From Moraxellaceae bacterium (lineage in GTDB: Bacteria > Pseudomonadota > Gammaproteobacteria > Pseudomonadales > Moraxellaceae), in NCBI GenBank assembly GCA_004173455.1, contig SECL01000007.1, forward strand, positions 22,107-86,106: a DNA stretch of 64,000 bases, written 5' to 3'. The notes under the pieces are model-generated. The model saw only the letters and a list, made by a program, of their open reading frames with translations. It ran no database searches and had not been told where the DNA came from. The position numbers were made by a program, and so were the translations under genes. Below, in pieces: positions 63,756-64,000 of the stretch (positions within the stretch are counted from its first letter, which is position 1; the number at the start of each line of letters is the position of its first letter).

Positions 63756-64000
63756 GTTTGGCCGCAGGCTGGGCAATCGTGTGATTGGGGCAAGCGATTC
63801 GCCTGATCCCTTAATGGCAATTATTGTCAGTATTGTGGTCGCATCGGTGCTAATGGTTTATCCATTGCCCTACGATGTGGCAGCATGGCGTCCCCTGTTT
63901 TTCCTGCTGATTATGCTGTTCTGGGTGCTGTGCCAGCCGGTATGGTGTGGCATCTGGTTTGCGTTTACACTGGGTGTGGCCAGTGATTTTATGATGGATG
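63742..64000 (+). CDS. mreD: Rod shape-determining protein MreD, 5' part (runs off window)
   Basis: Manual translation MPLLEFG...LMVYPLP...WRP.F.LLIMLFWVLCQP..CGIWFAF.LG..D; overlaps the mreC end. Confidence 0.9.
   Translation, partial: MPLLEFGRRLGNRVIGASDSPDPLMAIIVSIVVASVLMVYPLPYDVAAWRPLFFLLIMLFWVLCQPVWCGIWFAFTLGVASDFMMD

Overview
A core-chromosome segment of a Moraxellaceae gammaproteobacterium. Gene order and protein styles point to an Alkanindiges/Acinetobacter-like organism (inference). The backbone is housekeeping: secD-yajC, fau, 6S RNA-zapA, ygfB-pepP-ubiH-ubiI, panD, ispE-tRNAGln-prs-rplY-pth, hemA, dnaG, bamD-rluD-pgeF, proS, rnt-pyrC, argG, a Val/Asp tRNA operon, gltS, gatCAB and mreBCD. 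Several accessory insertions interrupt it. (1) A ~6.9 kb copper/alkane module (HTH-deleted MerR, CopA, DUF6091-type binding protein, AlkB/AlkM, AraC) splits ssrS from fau. (2) A low-GC stand-alone Hint (intein-like) gene sits inside the pepP-ubiH operon. (3) A low-GC orphan membrane ORF lies downstream of a CCA-less tRNA-Arg(CCT). (4) A PRC-barrel/DUF2382 gene pair lies downstream of tRNA-Glu. (5) A tandem DUF6915-like gene plus a very acidic partner lies between gltS and gatB. A ~65-bp double-hairpin repeat family with compensatory base changes recurs in the pth, prs and tRNA-operon spacers and abuts gene boundaries. I saw no CRISPR array, transposase, integrase or rRNA. All calls come from motif recognition and manual reading; no database searches were run.
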